39,558 nt of DNA, taken from positions 1,337,831 through 1,377,388 of the forward strand of contig NC_069000.1 in the NCBI RefSeq assembly GCF_001194135.2, given 5' to 3'. The position numbers and the translations under genes were made by a program. Shown here one piece after another: positions 21,751 through 34,310 of the stretch (the first letter of the stretch is position 1; every line of letters starts with the position of its first letter). The notes beneath the pieces were generated by a model that saw only the letters and a program-made list of their open reading frames with translations, was not told the DNA's origin and made no database searches. The stretch comes from Octopus bimaculoides (taxonomy: Eukaryota).

Positions 21751-22138
21751 TATGAGGGTGAGTCAAAAAGTAATGCCATTTGTTTAGGACAGGTATAATT
21801 ACCAACACAGGAACATGTATCATACATCAAAATGAAGCTTATTATGAGTTTATTGTTTTTCTTTTTGGCAAGAAATCGACCAGAATGACACCTTGAGCAT
21901 CCCAAAAGACAGTCGCCATGATTTTCCAGCTGACTTTTGCGTCTTGAACTTTTTTGGTAGTGGTGACGTAGAGTGGCGCCATTCCATTGACTACCTCTTT
22001 GATTCCGGTTCATAATGATGAACCCATGTTTCATCACCTGTTACGAGCCTTCAAAAGGTGTTGTCGCTTTGACTTTGTAGTGAAGACGTGGTTCAAAGAA
22101 CAGTCAACAGAATTTTACATGCTCTGATTCGAAATGGT
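21751..22138 (-). mobile_element. Rearranged mariner remnant
   Basis: TIR-like tatgagggtgagtcaaaaagt at 21751; minus strand 22044-21866 reads VTGDETWVHHYEPESKR*SMEWRHSTSPLPKKFKTQKSAGK, then after a frameshift MATVFWDAQGVILVDFL; plus strand from 22045 reads VKTWFKEQSTEFY. Confidence 0.85.
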
Positions 22139-22329
22139 GCACTTAACCACACCCCTATCCCTCTCATTAACCAGAACCATTTTGCTCTATCCATTTTTCA
22201 TTCTTAATAGTCCTCTCCACTCACATTTTACATTGATTACCCATCATTGTCCATCTCCCCTCCTTCATTCATTACATGTGGTCACACTCTTTCAACCTAT
22301 CTCCTGTTATCTCTTTATTCCTCTCTCTC

Positions 22330-22780
22330 TTCTGGCAGAACTGTTAGCATGGAGGAGAAACTGCTCAGTGGAATTTTGTCCATCATTATGTTCCAAAATC
22401 AATTCCCACCAAGACTGGCTTTTATCCTTTTAGAATTGATAAAATCAGTGGCAGTTGAGCACTGGGGTCGATGTATTCAACTTACCCCTCCCCTGAAAAT
22501 TGTAGACCTTTTACTGTTTGTTTGCAGTCGTGTTTGTTTGTCAATGGACAAGATATCACAGGAACCGCTGGATGGATTCAGATAAAACTTTCAGGGATGT
22601 TTGGCCTGGTGACTGGCACAAACTGATTAGATTTTGGGATCAATCTAGTACTGGACAAGAATTCTGGATTATTTTTCCAGATATTTTACCTAATATTTTA
22701 CCCGGGGTCAATTTGTTCGACTAAAGGCTGTGCACCAGTATGGCCGCAGTCAAATGACTGAAACAAGTAAAAGAATATGC
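22330..22780 (+). mobile_element. Diverged SINE A (22330-22510) and SINE B tail (22700-22780)
   Basis: tggcagaactgttagc...gagcactggggtcgatgtattc; ggggtcaatttgttcgactaaaggc...cagtatggccgcagtcaaatgactgaaacaagtaaaag. Confidence 0.7.
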
Positions 22781-24280
22781 TTAATTATTAACCTTGACTC
22801 AATTAAGTCGCTAATGTTTTGTACTGAAGGTCAAGGACCATCTAATTACGAACGTATTCGACAAGATTACTATTCACACACATATTTGTATATATATATA
22901 TATATTACAAACATTTTTTTTTATTCAAGAGTACTCGTTATATGTTGTAGAGTATATATTTGTATATAGCTGGATATTTACTCTGTTACCATTCAGTTTC
23001 TCACTCAATTCGCTATTTCAATTTTACTGTGAACTATAGAATCAATCGTATTGAAGGATAAACTCGGAGTAGCGACCGAGTACATCCCCAGCTTCGTATA
23101 GTGCACATGAGCACTGTCTACAATTCCTTCCATATAACACGCACATATATATATATATAATATATAGAGGCATATACAAAACCATACATACGTGCACATG
23201 TATATATATAGTTTCAATAAATTAACCACTCAATTCTGGGACAAAAATGTTTCGCATATTTAAAAAAAACCCATTTTTAACGTTACGATACAATTGAAAT
23301 GAATTAGTCATCAGTTAAAAAAAAAACTGAAAAGAAAGAACAAAAGCAATCAACAATTGACTTTTAGGATGACCATGTGAAGAAATTTTCTTGGATTGCT
23401 TCAACAATTAGGAGATGAAACGTTTTATTTTTTGATTGAATTCATATAAAATCCGGAATGGAATTGACGATCTATGAAAGTTAATTTTCTGCAATTGAAG
23501 GGCAAGAAAAATACTGAAGCACGATGTTTAAACTCTAATTGGAATGATTTGGAATTGTTCCCTATAAACATTATGTAGTCATTTGTTGAAAAGGAGTTTC
23601 GGGATTCAGTTCGTTCTTCCAAAGTGTGGGTGTTTTCGTCTTAAATATGTTGTTTCGGAGTAATTTAATTTATTAGCGAAGTTAAAATATCAATGTAATA
23701 TTGAATGTGCAGTATAAAAATATATTACGATATCTTATTCTCATTTTGATAATTTATTATTATTTCTATTATTATTTAGTTCTGTATAACTTCTATATAT
23801 GAATTTCATATTCACGTGTTCCAAGGTGAGTTTTGAAATGGCTCAACTATATGTGCAGAACTATTCTTGTGAAATAAATTAAAATATGAACATGATTTGA
23901 AAACTACTGAAATATTATTTATTATCGACTAATATTTTAGAAAACTCTTTAAATTATACTTCAATTTCTGAAGCTTATATTAAAAAATAAAATTATAATA
24001 AAATAAAGAATATTTCTATTTTTAACTATTTCATATTCAGAGTAAATTCAATGCTATCGCTCAAATCCTTGAAAATATCAATTTATATTAGCATTAAAGA
24101 AGAACTTCAATTTTATATCTAATATTTTACTACTTAAAAAAAATTAATAAATATAATTCAAATTTTTTTAATGTCTCACGGAATATATTTTCGACAATTA
24201 TTAATGAAACTATTATTTTAATAAAGGCTATAATTGTTGCGGGTTTTAAGCGGCATTTTACTAGTTATGTCCCTTGACTA

Positions 24281-24290
24281 CCTCTTCTTT
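24281..24290 (+). promoter_or_regulatory. Candidate TCT/5'TOP initiator for eIF5A
   Basis: cctcttcttt fits YCTYTYY, 170 nt upstream of the ATG. Confidence 0.3.
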
Positions 24291-24450
24291 GAAGTTGCTC
24301 TCGTGTAAGAGCAGGTGAATAGCTGTGTATATAGTTCCATTCTCATTCCCATCTGCTGGACTGCTAACCTCGTCTTCCTCGAGGAATCGCGCTCAACACA
24401 GAAAACTCATAACTCAAGAACTCGAATAACATCACCGATTTTTATTTGTC

Positions 24451-24921
24451 ATGGCTTCTGAAGAAAATTTCGATACAGGAGATGCAGGAGCGTCACAGAC
24501 CTATCCGCAACAATGTTCCAGCTTACGCAAGAATGGCTACGTTCTTCTGAAAAGCAGACCGTGTAAAATCGTAGATATGTCCACGTCAAAAACCGGCAAA
24601 CATGGTCATGCCAAGGTTCATCTCGTTGGTCTGGACCTGTTCAACGCCAAAAAGTACGAAGATATTTGTCCCTCCACTCACAATATGGAGGTGCCCAACG
24701 TGAAGCGAAAGGACTACCTTTTGATTGATATCGACGCGAATAACTACTTGACCCTGTTGGAAGATGACGGAGCAATTAAGGACGATTTAAACCTACCAAC
24801 TACTGACATCGGCAAAGAAATAAGCGATAAGCACAAAAGCGATCAGGCTCTTGTTCTTACTGTGTTATCAGCTATGGGTGAAGAACAAGTAGTAAGTTAT
24901 AAATTGGATAATAATAAATAA
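24451..24921 (+). CDS. EIF5A: Eukaryotic translation initiation factor 5A, intronless intact ORF, 156 aa
   Basis: GDAGAS, CSSLRKNG, PCKIVDMSTSKTGKHGHAKVHLVG (hypusine K50, codon 24598-24600), KYEDICPSTHNM and SAMGEE motifs; no stop or frameshift. Confidence 0.97.
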   Translation: MASEENFDTGDAGASQTYPQQCSSLRKNGYVLLKSRPCKIVDMSTSKTGKHGHAKVHLVGLDLFNAKKYEDICPSTHNMEVPNVKRKDYLLIDIDANNYLTLLEDDGAIKDDLNLPTTDIGKEISDKHKSDQALVLTVLSAMGEEQVVSYKLDNNK

Positions 24922-26099
24922 TGGATTAATGAGCCAAGAGGAAAAAAAACTGAACCTATGCAAGCTATGGTCACTTTTAACACTATAAACTGAAGCAATT
25001 AAACACCAACACACATAATTAATCTCTCCTCGTCAACAGTTAAAGGACAATCTTTATTTTCAATATAATAATACTGTAAATGATAGCAGCTAATAGACTT
25101 ATTGGCAGGTTTTCTATCTGTCTTTCTCTATCTCTTGAATATGCGCGCACGCTCGCACACACATTCACTCAGCCGTAGTTATATACATTAACAATCTTAA
25201 ATTGAGCCAAAGATATTTATTTTAAGAAGGAAAACAGTAAAAGCAAATGAATCAAGCAGGGAACGGCGCAAAGTAATGGAGACCCCTCAAAAAAAAAAAA
25301 AAAAGAGAAAAGCGATGTGAGTTGATGGAAAAAACCTCCTCAACAAGTCACGGATTCAAATCTTCATCGCCTCACCTGTTTTTTTTTTTTTTTTTTCAAC
25401 TCTGAAGTTGCCTCCTTCCAAATTGCCATTCATTTTTAGAGATAAGAAAAAAAATGAAAGTTGAATAATTCACGATGCGACGGAAGAAAATGATTTTGAA
25501 AAAAAAAAAAAGAATATTTTTTTTCTCCTTCATACTTCAACATAAATTGAGAATGTGCAGAAAAATCCACGGATTTCTTGGTATGTTCGTTTGTTACAAC
25601 TGGAAATTGTTATGAATCTATATTGTACGCTTAGTCTTTAATTATGGGGTATCAGTTTTGTAATAGACCTTTTCCTTTTTTTTTCCTCTCTTTTTAAATA
25701 TTATTTGACTGATCACCTCATTTCTAGACAAGCTCAGATTTGATAACCAACATTACTACTAACTATAGATTAAAAAAAAAACAACCTAGAAGAGAAGTTT
25801 CTCCTTTTAATTATTGATATATTATCATATAAGAAGAATATATCCATCTTCATATTTCTTATTTGCATAAAGAAATATAGCTGTTAATAAGTAAAGGTGG
25901 GAACTTTAACTTAACAAGACTAAATGGCTTTTTCACTCCGAAATGTCGTAAAGACTTGGCTGGAGTGTTTTGGTTGACCTGCTTGGACATTTATGCATGC
26001 TTTAACACACATATATATGTATATATATATATGTTATATATATATATATGTAACATTCTCTCTTTTGTATTTTTTTCCTCCTTCCTTCCTCTTATAAAT

Positions 26100-26105
26100 A
26101 ATAAA
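26100..26105 (+). terminator. Candidate eIF5A polyadenylation signal
   Basis: AATAAA followed by a GT/T-rich stretch (gtggtttgtattttct), about 1.2 kb after the stop. Confidence 0.35.
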
Positions 26106-29100
26106 GTGGTTTGTATTTTCTCCTAAGGGCCAACATTTGAGTTATATTAAAGACGAATTGAACATAACACGTGATTTTCATTTTATCCTTTTTTTTTTTT
26201 TCGACTATGAATTATTAATATTTTCTATTCCACTTGGTCCCTCTTCTTCCCTCATGATGATATTCCAGCTGCTTACAGTAGTGTCTGGCGGTGGTAACAT
26301 TTTATTCAACACCCTACCATAGCAGTTGCAAATGCTTCGTCTATAATTATATATAGTATTTATATTTGCACACATACACACACACATAATTATATATACA
26401 TTAAATTCTTTTAGATTTAGTTGAAATAATTGTAAGGATGTAGAAAAGTTTGAGATGGACCCCTGAGTAACCATTTCAGAAATGGAGGGGGGGATGATTG
26501 CTTGCTGAATTCCCCCCCTATTTAATTCTTTTTCTCTTTATTTCATTACAATATCGACTCACGTCATCGCAGCTGAATTTTATTCATTACATATCTCGGT
26601 TTTATTTCTTTTAGTACATAATATAACCTATATTCTACCCATTGTCTCTTTTATCCCCTCTCTCTCTCTCTGCCTTTTCAAGAGACATTTGTGGACCTCG
26701 TGGTTCGCTTTCCAACATGGTATATATTTAACAGCAGGGCCACTTTCTCTCTCCCCTCTGCCTATCTACCTGAAGAAACCGCTAGAAACTATAATTTACG
26801 ACTCATTAGTCGGTCTCTCTATTTTTTTCTTTAATTCCATTCATTTTACGTAGGTTTAATATTTCTAATGTTTAACCTTTTAATCCTTAGCTTCTTCTGT
26901 ATTATGGATATTTATTAAATTAATGGTATATAGTTTTGATGTATTTTGTTAATAATGGAACTGACTAGCTGCAATCTCTATTCTCTTAAGCTTCTCTGTG
27001 CGTGTGTGTTTTTTTTTTTTCTAATCTAAAATCGTCCGGTCGATTTTTGTCGGGCAACCATTTATCTTGCATAAGAACAGTAAATACTTCATTATTACAC
27101 TGATTGGTGGTTTCTTGGTGTGGATGTTTTATTGTATTAATTAATAATGCGTAGTAAAAACTATTAGCCATCAGAGTATTAGATTAAAGCTATTTTTCTC
27201 AGCAACGCTCTCTCATCTTCTTCAAAATCTTCGCTATATTTTCAGATATGGCGTTGGGCGGGGAATCGTTAATCTGCTCTTTTTTACCGACAATATTTAA
27301 GTGATTTTTCACTGTTCAAAGCTCTTTTCATATCCCACTTTGTACACTTTGAATGACCTCATCATTTCTCCCTCTCTGTTTATGGGAGCCTTTGAAAAAT
27401 GTATGTAAAAAGATTTAATTGAAAAGCCATTTTCATCACCAGTATCTGACCTACTTTCTTCTTTATCTTTCCTCCCTATGACACGTCGGCCTTTCTCTCT
27501 TAGACGAATCTTGCTGTCTTTATTTCTCTCCTTTTTCCATACATGAATGGATGTTTGGGTTTCACTTAAAAAATCATTGTGGGAGAGGCGAGAGACACAA
27601 GTTTTTCATATAAATTACCATGTACCACTATTACCCCCTGGCCTGTACACTGAGCTTACTCGTCGCTGGTGACTGAATCGAATTAAATTCTGTCTAGAGC
27701 TTTTATACATTTATCTTAGCTTAAATATCTCCACTCATTTAAAATGTGTGAATGTCTTTTTTTTTCTTCTCCATTCGCTTTCTCTTTTTCTTTTCCCTCT
27801 TTTTTCTTATTTCATTGTATCGACCGCTTCGTTCTCGTTGAGTGGCGAGCGATTTCTAACGGAAACAGCCGAGTCGTGCTCGTGCGTTGCCGGAATCTCT
27901 TCCATATCTGGTCAGTGCAACAGTGCTGCATTAATAAATGGTGGCGTTTAGAAAAAGACACAATTATTCTCACTACTTTCTAACATTCGCTTCGTTCGCT
28001 GTATTAGCTGGTATGGATTGATTTTTACGTGAATGATTCCTATCCCTATTCCTTGTGGCTGAAGCAGAGCCTATGCTTGTGTTGGTGACTGCTTCTTCCA
28101 CTTTTGTTAGCATCATCTCCTTAAGATGGCCGTATGTTCCGGAACATATGGCAGCATTATTTTAGAAGAGCAATTAACAAAATTTCAGTTATATTCTTTT
28201 TATTAAGCTTAACTGTCACAAAGTATTTCTAAAAAAAACCGTTTTTAATTTTTCGTTCCTACCGGCATCGTTCGCAGGTTGAGGAAGGGGGTGTATTTTG
28301 TTGGAACTTACCTGCAAATTTGATAAAATTATTCTGGCCCGTCTGTTAATGTAGATTAATAAGCAAACTTTTTTCTTTTTTTTTGCAATTGTTAATCAAA
28401 GATCTGTCACTTTAATGTGGTCTAACGTTGTTCTGTCAGTCAACTTTTCCACGTGGCTTTTCTGCCACTACTACTACACGTTACATATGACGGTTTAGCT
28501 TTCTTAATGTTTCCTATATTCCTTAAATTAAAGGGTTTGCTTGTATTTTAATAACGGAGTTATGCTGATAATTTATCTACTGAAACCCTCAAAAGTTTGT
28601 TTCAGGTATATACTTAGTTGAACATCCATGGACAAACTGGTGGTATTTGGTCCCACGCGTGATGTCCTGGCAACACGTTTAAATTTCAGGGACTTGTATA
28701 TACATTGTGATATCACTACGATTTGATTTTCGAAAATTATCCCCGGTGAAGATAATTAACTACATTTAATTGCCAAAAGGGTTAATTCGTTAAATGTTTT
28801 TATTGAGTTTCTTTTCATTGTCCACTTTTTCTGGTCAAGGACCCAACAGAATTGGTGAATGTTCTTTGTGACTCGAACAGTTATTGTCTAAAAGTTTAAA
28901 CAGTCATTCAAGACTACCTTAGTGTACAGATTGATCTACGTAGCAGTTTTAATTTTAAAAAAATGTTTTATTCCAGAGATGGATGGTCCGAAATTCTCTA
29001 AATATTTCCAGTTGCTTCTACCCCCCCCCCCTCTCACAGTAATTGTTTTGAATTACCGCTGGCGTTGTCCAGGAATGCGTTCGAATTTGCGTCGTCTCCT

Positions 29101-32100
29101 GTCTGAGGTAGTAAGACTAGCTTGGAGGAAATATTGTTTTTTATCTTCATGTATAATTGTCATCGTACGTAAGAATTTATGCGACTTTTCCTTTTGTCTT
29201 AGTTTAATAGGATATACGACCTGTATGTCCCCTGCATATTAAGTGTCCCTGTTGACATGGTAACTGGTTAGGTTTTTCCACAGAAAGGGTTTCTGTTATA
29301 GACAAATAGCTGTCTAAAGGACCATTGAAGTACGAGGTACGGTAATATCGAATGTAACTACGCTACAAATTGTTTTATTTAGGTCTAGAGGAATAATAGC
29401 TTATGACTCTTAGGGATATAAAATGAATTTGGTAAGGAAGAGCAGTCTATATTGTATTTCTTTGATACTTTTTTTTCATCTTGTGAACATATTTAATGCT
29501 CAATACTGGTGACTCGAGTCATCTGCGTCATTTCTATTATTCCTCCAATCCTTTGCCTCCGAGTCTTCGCAACAGTATTCATCATAAGGTGTGTTCTGAT
29601 TCTAAACTTGTCTTGCTTTCGTCTGCAATTTCATACGGTTGCGAACCTTGTTCTTCCTTCGTAGGTGACGTGGAAATAATACGTTCGACATCTCTATTTC
29701 TCATTGAGGGTGGAGGGGCTTGTTTAGGCTATATCTTCGTAAACACTTGCGATTGCTAGCATTTTGATTAATAGCTCGTTCGTTCCCTAAACGGAAAGGG
29801 TCTTTTGGAGTTAAGCCATCTTTAAAACCCACTGGTTACTGCGGTTATTGGCTGCCAGACAAGCAGTTGTTGCACTTTGGTGGGGAGACACTGGAATGGA
29901 ATTTTTTAAGGGGTAGAATTTAAGCAGCAACACAGGGGTTCCAGTCCTTCGATTAATTTACTGTATGCAGTATGGTAAACTAGAGTTTACAGATTTTTAT
30001 TACATTAAACTAGGTTTTTTTCCTAATCGGCTTCTGTTTACATCCATCCTCAACTCTGGAGACGAGTGAACGCGAAGGTCACTCGTTTAGTGTGCCTTTA
30101 ATTCATCCCGGTTAGCAAAATGGATTTTCTTTTTTTTTAATGATGGCACATTGAACTTTTCACTGCACACATTCGTAACTTTGAATTGACTTTTTACAGT
30201 TTGAAAAAGCCAAGGCTTGCTATAACAATGCAGAAATTTCACTCCCAAAACAGAATTTTCAGAGTGCAAGATTGGTAGGTGCATGGCATCCTAATGCAGT
30301 TTTTGTGATGCAATTAGTCTTAACCTTTTGATATTCATCAACAGATTACTACGGATTATTTTCCCCTCTTACCATGTTATTAATTCCATTACTAGCAAAA
30401 CTAACATTTATAGGTTCATTTTTACCCCCACCCCCTTAAAGTGCTTCTCAAAAGAATTTGTATCGTTTGCATGATTGGGGCCAAGCCCTCCAGGTGAAGT
30501 TTTGTGCCATTCTCTTTGTCATATCTTCTACAAACGATTTTTCTTCATCAAGAGGAACATTATTAGCAATCAATAATCATTTTCTGTGTCTTTTCCTAGG
30601 ACGCAGATAGTTCTAACTTTGCTGCTCTTTCGCCTCAGTCCTCTTTCAACTTCGTGTCCTTTCCACATTTTCATTGTTCGAATGAATGCATGTCTCTTGC
30701 ATGTTGTCAAAGAATGCCTCTTGTACATTGCGCTGCACTTAGTCGATGGATGTGGCCACACAGTGTTGCTTTGGCAATTGTGCATTGTACGCATGCGCGA
30801 CCGTGATATGGAGCGCGAAAAGAGATGACGTTATGTGGCTATAGTGAAATAATACAGCTTCGGTCTACACAAATAGTCTGACCAGTGTTTTTTTTTTATG
30901 TAAGATTATTGGAAAATCTGTATAAAATTTTAAGGAACGTAAAACGAGTATTGAGGGGGGAATACTAATTGAAAACCTTTTTTTTTTTTCTCCATTGTAT
31001 GTGTTAAGCTGTTATCTTAATCTTTTCGTGGATTTAATTTGTCCACGATAGTTAAAAGCTCTGATGTCTCGCAATATACTGTGTTTAATCTCGGGGGTTA
31101 ATTAGAAATTAACGACTGTGATTTTTTCACTCTAAAGTTGCAAATTTGCCCAATTTTGGTCTCGAAGTATCAAATGGCAATTTGTGAGATATAACCAAGT
31201 GCGTGGCAGTTTTGATCAAACTTGTGATGAAAATGATTGACCAAAGTTCACTTGAGTTGATGTTAGTTTGAAGATATGTTCTGATTGAGCATTAATTAAA
31301 AGTTTTTTTATTTTCTTTCTCTCTCCCTTAAAATATCCTATTAAATGTGCGTTGTATGTTTTCTGTGAACCTCCTGCTAGCATTTATCGTCAAATATGTT
31401 GAGATTTACAACACCTCCTGTCAGCGTGGTAGCGGTGGTAAATATACAGCGAACAGCTTTATATTCGGTTACTCATGCTGCTAAGATTTTTGTCTGGAAC
31501 CTGCTTCGTTGCCGGTAATTTGTGCACACTTTTACAGATGGTGATGTGGGGTGGGTGACTTAAATAAGCAACTGATATTTTAATTGTTACCCTGTGGCTG
31601 AATAAAAAGTCTTGTTGCTAGCAGTCTTCTGTGTGAGGCCTTTTCAACAGCAGGATTCTGTATTTAATCACACCTCAGTTAATTTAATTAACTGGGTAAT
31701 TTTTTTTCTCTTTCCTATGGATGAATTTAGGCGGGATTGTGACGATCCTTTAGCTAAAAAAAACCCACCCAAATTTAGTGTTTCTCTTATTTTCCTCGTC
31801 CGTTAATATTTTCACAGGACAATAATTTTATGTCGAGAAAATATATTTTTTGCAAAATGTTGACCCTTACTAGTCAACAACAGTTTGTCAAATTTACATG
31901 GACTATAAAATTCTGGACATGAAAACATTTAAAATAGGTTTTAAAGTTTTCAAAGCCAGAGAATCTGTTCTAGTTCGTAGATAGTCCTGCCAGTTCAGGC
32001 TGTTTTTGTTGTATTTTTTTTAATAAATTCTGTCTATTGGTATATTTTGAAGAGTACAGGCTGCTTGGTGACCTCGGTTGGCAGCGGGTAGTTTTTTTTT

Positions 32101-32183
32101 TTTGTTCTCTTTTTTTTCCTTCCTCTTGGAAAGTACACTTGTTCATTGTAGTTGTCGTCTCTGTTATGATGAATACTCCCCAA

Positions 32184-32225
<42 letters not shown>

Positions 32226-34129
32226 GCAAAGTTGTAATTAGTCTCGAGAATGTTGTCTACTTTGTATTCAGGCCAATACTGCAAATGCTTGTTCTGTAAA
32301 CGTGAAGAGAAAGCAAACATGCAATAATGTTAACCGTATAAAACAACTGAATCCTATAATGTCTATTCGTAATGATCCAACACACCCTTTGACTGTCCAT
32401 GTTGAAGGAGCAATCTCACGATTACAAATGTTATGGGTTTGCTGGAGGTATCTTGTTAAACGCTTCAGTTCGATCAAAACGTTTTGTATACTGTTGGTCC
32501 CGCGATGGATTCTTTTAAAGGCCATGCTCTTGTCTAAGCCTGACAAAACAGTAATCTTACACTGTATGTTTTACTGAAATAAAAAGAGAAAAAAAAACAA
32601 AAATAAAGTGCAGTAATCAAATTTTTTTCATTTTTAACGTTTTCATTTTGTATCTTGATGACTTGAAACTTTCTCATTAATCGATGCACAAGTGTTTGAT
32701 TTTCTTCCGTGATTCCTAAACGTAGTTTTCTTTCTGAGAACAGCAATTATTGGTGGGTAACTGTCACAATTTATTACTGCTGGTGGCTTGTGTTTTTAAT
32801 TATCGAATACAATCTTCGTCTCCATTTATTTCTGATGTTGGGTACTTTTTTTTTTTTTTTTAAGTTTCAGTAACTCTAAATACCACGTTTAATTTAAGAA
32901 TTCAATTGTATAATTGTTTTTGATACAATAAGTTTTGGAAATTTGCATTGATATTTTTGGACCATTCAAGAACCTCGATTCTACTGGACATGGAATATAA
33001 AAGTGCAGGGTTAAGGGCCTTGCTACCGACCGTGTGATTTTGGGTTCCACCCTATGTGGGCCCTTGAACAAGTCTTCTATACGTTTGTATATGTGCTCTT
33101 GTTTTGACATCACACGAGGGTTGTCAACTTATCGCTCTTATGTCATTCATTTCCAGCATATTCTATGAAAACATTTGACCATAGAGAAATGTTACATTGC
33201 TTGGAAGCAGACAAGGGTTGGGCCATGGGAAATCTGTCTCAATGTATTCCATTTCATCCGTGCAAGCATTGGAAAAATGGACTTTAAAGTAATAATATTG
33301 TTAAGTGAATCCTGCAGCATTGCTATATTGTTGACCCTCCAAAGACATGTTGAAAATAGTGAATTGTCTGGTATGTCTGTCACTTTTGATTTGAAGTCTA
33401 TAATGTTAAATATGTGAAAGCATCTACATTCCAATCTGGAATGTCTGCTACTCTGGAGAATCACAATGGATGCAGCACCACATTGGTTCCATAGACTTTT
33501 GTCGTGGATGTCCTCGACTGGCTGACTGGGGTTCAGTTCTAGTTGTCTTAAACTTGTGCATCACTCAAAAATGGAAGCTGCAAACCTTCAGCAGGTAGAT
33601 TTATTAATCTGTGGAGTGAAACTGAATCTGATTTATAAAAAGGTGTTTCAGGTTTTGAATATAAAAGTGGTTCTTTTATCAACCAACTTGACCATCCCTG
33701 CTTTTGTACAATAGAATCCAGTTTGAGGTTGAACAGAAGAAATTGACAAGATTTTAATTGCTTCAATAAGATCAGTGTACCTTCATCAGCAGATAAGCCT
33801 ATCTACAGTACTCTTAAATTACCTTTTGCATTTATGAACTTCCTGTGACGAAGATAGGTGAGAGCAGATAATGGTAATGGATCAAAGTCTTAGCCCAAAA
33901 TACTTCACTGGTAGGAAGAGCCTCACGTCAACAGATCGATCATGATATTAGAGTAAGGTGAAAACTAAACATTTCACTCATTTGTGCTAAATTTCCTGAA
34001 GATCAATTTACCCATTTTCTGTGGTCAACCACTGCAGCTTGTCCCAGTTTTCTCTGTGTTGGGGATCTATTTCAGGGTTGATGTAATTTCAGGCTTTGTG
34101 CCTTTTAGAAGAATGGATTATTATTGGAA

Positions 34130-34310
34130 CTGACAGGATGCTTATCAAGTTAAACAAAATGCTTGACAACATTTCATTTGTCTTATGTTCTGAGTCCAGA
34201 TTTCACCAAGGTCAACTTTGCCGATCATCTCTTCAGTGAATGAACTAAGTACTGGGGTGGGGGGTCAAATGTGTTTCACTTTCCCTAAAACTGCTGGCCT
34301 TGTGCCAAAA
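34130..34310 (+). mobile_element. Old, diverged SINE A copy
   Basis: gttctgagtccagatttcaccaaggtcaactttgcc...aagtactgggg...ggccttgtgccaaaa. Confidence 0.55.

Noticed and set aside
25288-25303. A-run as the poly(A) remnant of an eIF5A retrocopy
   Set aside because: No AATAAA just upstream and no target-site duplication; A/T runs are common throughout this region.
29104-29115. TGAGGTAGTAAG, the let-7/miR-98 5' sequence
   Set aside because: The match ends after 12 nt and the flanks do not form a pre-miRNA hairpin.
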